Origin: Schizochytrium sp. TIO01
Taxonomy: Eukaryota; Protista; Bigyra: Labyrinthulomycetes
Length of the DNA: 64,000 bases
Assembly (NCBI GenBank): GCA_004764695.1
Contig: SMSO01000025.1
Location: 1,984,001 to 2,048,000 of the forward strand
Direction of reading: 5' to 3'
In this document: in pieces, positions 59,101 to 64,000 of the stretch
Numbering within the stretch: position 1 is the stretch's first letter
How the letters are laid out: every line of letters starts with the position of its first letter
The notes under the pieces: generated by a model
Databases searched by the model: none
Seen by the model: only the letters and a program-made list of their open reading frames with translations
Told to the model about the DNA's origin: nothing
Program-made: the position numbers and the translations under genes

Positions 59101-61223
59101 CGGTGATATCCTCCCACTTTGTACCCTTCGCTACCTTCGTCTTCATCATCCGAGTAGTCTTCATTACTTTGGCCTCCTGTCCCTTCCTCGTCCCCGTCGT
59201 CATCCTCATCCCCGTTGTCATCGTCGTCATCCTCATCATCAACATCATCTCCTTCGTTATCTTCTTCCTCATCTTCTTCATTGTCTTCTTCTTCTTCTTC
59301 TTCTTCTTCATCGTCGTCGTCGCCAAACCTCTTCGCAGCCAGCAGCGCTTCGGCTTCTCTCCTCGCCGGCATCTTCGCTGCCGCTGCTGCCGCTGCCGCT
59401 GCTGCCGCTTGTTGTCTAACTCCAGCGATGTCTATCCTTTGATTCTGAATCTGGGTTTGCTGTTTTTGTTTTGCAAGTTCTTCTTGCTGTAGTTTCTGCT
59501 GCTGCTCTTGGATCTGCTGCTTCCGCCTCCTTTTCTCCACCAGCCTTTGCTTTTGCTGATCCGCGAGCACCAGTCCTTCTGCTGCAGATCCTTGTCTGAG
59601 ATCTACTTCTGGGTCTTCTCCTCCCTCCACATACGCCCCTGCCTCCAGGAGCCCTTCTGCTTCCTTGGCCCTCCTCTTGCTCCTTCTCTTCTCCTCCTTA
59701 TCCTTCTTCTTACTGCCTCCTGCGCCGCTCTTCCCCTCCTTCAGGTCCCTCTTCCGCGCCTTGTCGACCTTCTCCGTCACGCCTAAGGGCACCCTACCCG
59801 ATACGCTAGCATCCCCACCAGTTAGCCCTCGCGCAGTACCACTCCCTACGCGCCCAGTAGAACTACGGGGTCCTGAGGTCACCCTTCTTAGGCTAGCTCT
59901 AGTGCTATTACCATAAACCGCCGGATCGTTCCCTAGACGTTCCATTTGCTCCAGGAATTCCAGGTGTTCCTCTAGTCCCAGTTCTGCTGCAAGATCTCTT
60001 TCCGCAGCAGAGGCGGTGAGGGCGCGAATGGAGGCCCGTTTGTTGGTGCTGGACTTTGACGCTTGGCGGCGGGAAGCAGCCTCTGGCTTGCTAGACGCCC
60101 TGGCCCCTGGCCTCCTTTGGGTCTGGCGTGCCAGATCAGCTGGGTCGTCGGTTCTAATGAGCAGGTTGTGGGAAAATCCTGTGTTGTGGCCGTCTTCACC
60201 CTCGCTGCTTGTTGGAGACTCTGACGGCGAAGAGGGTACGGACGGGGGTCTTGGCAAGGACTTCGGCTTACTCTTCCGCCTGACTGCCTCTTCTGCGTGT
60301 CTCTCCAGCGATGCCCTTCGCGCCTTGGCGACCGTTGTTCCTTTCGAGGCGCTCGAGGAGATCCTCGGATTCTGCCAGTTCTGCCCAAGATGGTCTTCAC
60401 GCGCTGCCGACACTACTCGACCTGACTTGCGTCTCAACGCTCGAGCTTGAGCGATGTGATGCTCCTCTTCGTAGGTACCTCCTTCGCCTTCGCTCTCTGA
60501 GAGCCCCACGTGAGCGTCGTTGGTCTCAAAGTCCCCATGGCGGCGCCGTGAGTTGGGCACCGCGGACATGCGCCTCAAGGCAACGCCGCCAGCAGCGCTG
60601 GCGGTGGGCGGCACTTGAGCGTTGGAAGAAAAGGCAGCGGAGGACGACGTCAAACGAAGCGAACGCCTTTGTGCCGCTGCTTCTGCCACGGACATGGTAG
60701 CCCTGGCGGTGTCTGTGTCTGTATTGAAGGATTTCGAACTTGAACCCGGGTAAAATGCAGTGCTCATGCCGTTCGCTCCGTTGCTGCCAGCAGACCAAGA
60801 GAGCCTGGACCCTGGCTTGGCGGCATCAAGGCTCGGCCTTCGCCCTGATGAACGTCCCGACACCTTCCTACGTGCTGCAGCAGCAGTAGGGTCGGTGGCG
60901 ATTTCGATGTCGGAGCCCACGGTAGGCTCGCCATGGTTGCTGTCGAAAGGCTGGTGCTGGTCTTGCTCCAGGTGGCGGCGTGGGGCGCTCTTGCGACGCT
61001 GCTGAGCCTCGAGCTTGGCAGCTTTTCCCGCGCTGCTGCGAGGGCGGAAGTGCTCCACAAGGCTTTGCCACGGGCCGCGCTGCGCCGATTTCGAGGCTGA
61101 TTTACTCGAAGAGGGTGTCGCAGAAGAGGAGGCCGCCGCGGAAGAAGGGGCTGGACGCGAGGAGCTACGCAAGGCGCCATGCTCCGCGGCCGGGACTTCC
61201 GTGGTGCGGCGGCTCGCACGCAT
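56121..61223 (-). CDS. SRPK: SR-protein kinase (SRPK family, CMGC) with very long N-terminal extension and spacer insert
   Basis: EDEGSEGYKVGGYHRV, KLGWGHFSTVWL, AMKVQKSA, IIHTDLKPEN, then a ~640-aa spacer, then VDLGNACW...DIQTRQYRAPEV..YDTSADIWS, DEDHLALMIELLG, HPWL. First ATG at 61223 (1700 aa); the track start is GTG. Confidence 0.95.
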   Translation of the reverse strand: MRASRRTTEVPAAEHGALRSSSRPAPSSAAASSSATPSSSKSASKSAQRGPWQSLVEHFRPRSSAGKAAKLEAQQRRKSAPRRHLEQDQHQPFDSNHGEPTVGSDIEIATDPTAAAARRKVSGRSSGRRPSLDAAKPGSRLSWSAGSNGANGMSTAFYPGSSSKSFNTDTDTARATMSVAEAAAQRRSLRLTSSSAAFSSNAQVPPTASAAGGVALRRMSAVPNSRRRHGDFETNDAHVGLSESEGEGGTYEEEHHIAQARALRRKSGRVVSAAREDHLGQNWQNPRISSSASKGTTVAKARRASLERHAEEAVRRKSKPKSLPRPPSVPSSPSESPTSSEGEDGHNTGFSHNLLIRTDDPADLARQTQRRPGARASSKPEAASRRQASKSSTNKRASIRALTASAAERDLAAELGLEEHLEFLEQMERLGNDPAVYGNSTRASLRRVTSGPRSSTGRVGSGTARGLTGGDASVSGRVPLGVTEKVDKARKRDLKEGKSGAGGSKKKDKEEKRRSKRRAKEAEGLLEAGAYVEGGEDPEVDLRQGSAAEGLVLADQQKQRLVEKRRRKQQIQEQQQKLQQEELAKQKQQTQIQNQRIDIAGVRQQAAAAAAAAAAAKMPARREAEALLAAKRFGDDDDEEEEEEEEDNEEDEEEDNEGDDVDDEDDDDDNGDEDDDGDEEGTGGQSNEDYSDDEDEGSEGYKVGGYHRVQIGDIFNKHYEVEEKLGWGHFSTVWLVYDQKQKRYAAMKVQKSARSYRDAALDEIKLLKTVAERATDPETGLKQNDDVFVVQLFDHFEHKGPNGNHMCMVFEVLGDNLLTLIKHYKYQGIPLDLVRQITYQMCVALHYLHTECKIIHTDLKPENVLVAGLHGKIIDELLPSLPALRAYARACEAKHLGYDTNKKHGRNKSAAQLTLQDEDGDETEDDNANRGAGAQAAPVTRLNLVETIEDIERTLAANPVDERTGAVKGTLQPEERKKLKKKLKRLKARRRELADQGDEATTPLDGMGTEDEVNSPLSAVAATLKTLNLNGSGRGVGLFSGGAVHESVVVQTVANDMKLKSTPVASKVATHPALNPNEESPIRHWYDHLVVGNFLLSPPNEKDNKTSRRRSFFLANEEDLEDEDPPGEGKNLCCVSFVASYKAMERAFGKPTNIPSNNLSGPGQHQNPQSLARWNLVLCENKTGKAVNNGYVIVRGSGSVKHDVSQLTFGTLRHAFAVMGWPEVDMEWEEDHHACEWNVLCDETCLESTLEALEAKQDLAISFVCCPPLPDYFKLEENLAMHIAGDIVSGGVDPAALIGNPTLMRVLVQLFRSSFQEDNPQEFAGHIKGVRMRASAFRPLRDRLLNFCVVPPYPRSASHQRECVLEMAQELIDNEKCDRAPLSWAVPASGNEDPNKSSSENLASRSKSYKPISKQRSVSTRSTQSFGDKAHGSIGPASGLGSPIIAAAAAASTTAIGTGGASGASGRRTGPKSGKFGAKQLPSAMGIREVGLQAPSIDENRPANIVVKVVDLGNACWTNEHFSEDIQTRQYRAPEVIIGAGYDTSADIWSLACVIFELATGDLLFDPKSGGTYERDEDHLALMIELLGEIPKQFALSGKHSKRFFSRKGQLRHIHNLKYWPLKQVLKEKYDFSEEAAVEFSSFLREMLIFKPSARATALKCLNHPWLQSKIPRSSQHKSASSNSKPRKSTSLEKVKKLSS

Positions 61224-62665
61224 TGTTGTCGTTGCTGCCGCCGCTAAGTGCTCAGGCGAGCGAGCTAGCGAACGAGCGAGCGAAGTCTGACTTTGACTTT
61301 GACTTTGACTATTTCTCTTCTTCTTTTCACTTCCTTTGCTTTTTCTTTTCACTTTCTTTTGTTTTTGTTTCTGTTTCTCATAATTGAAGAGGTGTTTTTA
61401 TCAGATAAGTCATTTCGTTTCAATCGCAGGATATGTTGTTGCTCATTGCTGTTTTGCCCACAGAAAATAAGCTGTACAGGTGTTTGCATGGAGGTGACGG
61501 AAGAGATGCTTTAAAGGCCGCGCTCATTCAAGAGCAATACCAGCATGGTGTATACTAGCTTACGCTTTTTGTTGTGTTTGTTTTGTTCTGTTTCATATTT
61601 AGTTTGTTCTGTTCTGTTTCATCTTCTTTACTTTATTTTCAATTGAATTACATTTTTGTGGGTTTACTTTGCGAATGCAGTGTGGCGATGGAATGGAGAA
61701 ATTGGTTGTTTGGGGTTGTGCTATTGGTGAAGACCTCGAGAAGTTCCGTACGAGGTGTAGTCGCTGCTGCGTGCAGCATGTGCAAGTCAATTCTCTATGC
61801 CACCATAATGATTCAGTTATTTGATAGGTGGATCGATTGCATGGCTCTACTGTTTCATAGCTATAAAAAGAGCACCATCATCTTACTTCTGAGCACATTG
61901 ACGTTGTTGGTGCTGCTGCTCAAGCAGAATGCTGCTCTTCGTATCAGGTACTTGCAAGTGGTATAATCATCTCATGAAGGCTCAGGCTCTTACTCCTAGA
62001 AGTTCAATGGTCACAAGGCTCATTGAATTGCCTGTTCGCAATGGTCTTAAAACTAGGGTGTTCTCTTCTCGAAAACGTGTGTATTTGATTGTGTGTTCCA
62101 TTGGAAGTTTCAAGTCATTGAGTTGCTCCACCTGCGCTTGCCTTTTGTTTACATCGGTCATCGCTGCGGTGTCCTGAAGTCTGATTGGCGTCTCGAACTC
62201 AAGTTGCGTATTGCTTTAAATAGGCTTGCTTGACCTGAGAACAGTCTCTCCATGGTCTTTTTGAAGTGTTTATAGATACACAACGAAAAAATATAAAAAA
62301 AATGTGTAAAGTTGGCAGAGGCTGACTTCTACTTAGATCTCTTCATGTGAGCACGCCTTTCGGGCCGGTGATGGAGTTCTTGAGAGCTTAATTGGCGTTC
62401 TGAGTATTTGGCATATTGTGAGGGCCTCCGAATACCACCTGCTCTTACTTGCTTGCTGGTTCGTAGGTATTGTATTATTCATTGTTGTGCACCTTGAGGG
62501 GACAAGCTTTAGTAAGATTCTGACTTGCTTTTGTGTTTGAGATATAACAAAGGATTTTGGGGACCTTGAAGAGTTTCCATCTTTTGCAGAGTCCTGTTCA
62601 TTAGGGGCCTTTGTTTGCTGCTGAGAGCCGAGGAGGGATGTGTAGTCATGTGTGCAAACATGTTA

Positions 62666-62669
<4 letters not shown>

Positions 62670-62701
<32 letters not shown>
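62670..62701. repeat. (TA)16 microsatellite
   Basis: Perfect dinucleotide run. Confidence 0.95.
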
Positions 62702-62703
<2 letters not shown>

Positions 62704-64000
62704 AGCTACTAGTAGAGGTAGGTATCGTAGATTTGGTTTTAATAATCATAATACTAGAGCATGCAGCACGTGCCGCTACCGAGGCCGCATAGATACCGAC
62801 ATATCGCCTGATTTGGTTGGTAGTTTTATCTTTGCAAGTAGTTGGGCATATGCGATTAAATGCAGTAGGCAGCCCGTTTGCTCCCAACATGCCAGAATGC
62901 AGTTCAAGGTCCAGGTCGCGATAGCGGAGGTTTCAAGGCGTTACTTTTAATCATTATTCGTTCCTTTTTTTTTTTCTTTTTTAAAAATATTAAAAGTATT
63001 AAAAATTAAAGAATAACAACCGTGACTTGAATAATAATAAAAATAAACAATCAAACAAACATACTCGTAGAGCTCAATACTTAGCTCGTTAGCTCGAACG
63101 AGACATGCGTTTGAAGAGGACAGGCTGGTGTCAATAGGGAGGTTCAAAGGGCTTTGTCACAACACGCATAAATGTTTATTTTGGTTAGTTCGAGTAAAGC
63201 TGCTCATCTTTGGCTACTTATTACATGCATGATCAAAACGAACGACGGACATGTCTTTCAAGAGATCCATCGTTTCTGTGCTTTCCTTTTGATGTTGTTG
63301 TGGTCATTGTTATTGTTGTCATACTATTCTATATATATAGCCATGGAACTTTAAATAATTCTTGAATAATAGATTTAATTTAAAAGAAAATAAACTTTTT
63401 TTCATTTGAAAAGGGAAAAGAAAAAAGTCCCTTTTGATGCTTGATCTGTGCGGTTTGCAGTAGATAGGTACTTTGGTACTACGTTTTGAAGGCATTTTAC
63501 CTAGATTGCCCCTGTATTGATTAGATCAAGTTTCTGTAGGATCGAAAGAAGTGCATAGACTCTGGCAATATCATCGTTTTTTATATTTTATTGAACATAT
63601 ATAGAACATGTAAAAAATGAAGTTATCTCCTGACAAGTATAACGCTTTTTCACCTTCTTGAAAAACACTACGCGTAGTTTATGAATCTGAAAACCCTCAA
63701 TTCCCTCTATCGTGAATTGAAGATCGTAATCAGTAGCTGCAGATAGACTTGTATTTTCTCTCCGTTGACAGAAGAAAATGTACATAGATCGTAATGACTG
63801 TCGTTGGCATGATCCCTCTACAATCTTGTTCACTCGTTTGCAAACAAAAACAATACACTACATTAATGTTTCCTATCCAACCGCAGATAAAAGGAAGTAC
63901 ACACGAACGAACTATGGTAGCGTAGTCTGTCTTCCTCCACGAGCTTGGTATTTTACAATGGTTACATTTATGAAGTATTGTTTCTGGCAACGATAGACAG

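Overview
Eukaryotic, intron-poor genomic DNA. A stramenopile, plausibly a thraustochytrid/labyrinthulomycete, is inferred from gene content, sparse GT-AG introns and (CAAA)n-type microsatellites; this is not proven. About 15 intact protein genes are supported: RPL31, a J-domain protein, a polyQ/prion-like + RI-type LRR protein, a TPR protein, a spliced permuted NlpC/P60 enzyme, PPIP5K/VIP1, a 3-exon EEF1AKMT4-like methyltransferase, a SHOCT-motif protein, peroxisomal HACL1, hexa-ubiquitin, TFIIH p34/TFB4, a nicotinamidase, an NWE-motif + calcyphosin-like EF-hand protein, a tandem-RWD + degenerate-RING protein and a very large SRPK. Much of the apparently empty intergenic DNA is a graveyard of decayed genes not visible in the ORF track: an LRR-TM-kinase receptor pseudogene plus two paralogous LRR relics (7.3-13.5 kb), a KLC-type TPR relic, two Ty3/gypsy pol relics, and probable C2H2 and 2OG-Fe(II) oxygenase relics. 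These regions look TAG/CTA-rich, hinting at a targeted C-to-T mutation process. No rRNA, tRNA or CRISPR was recognised. All relic calls come from manual translation across frameshifts and need HMM/BLAST confirmation.
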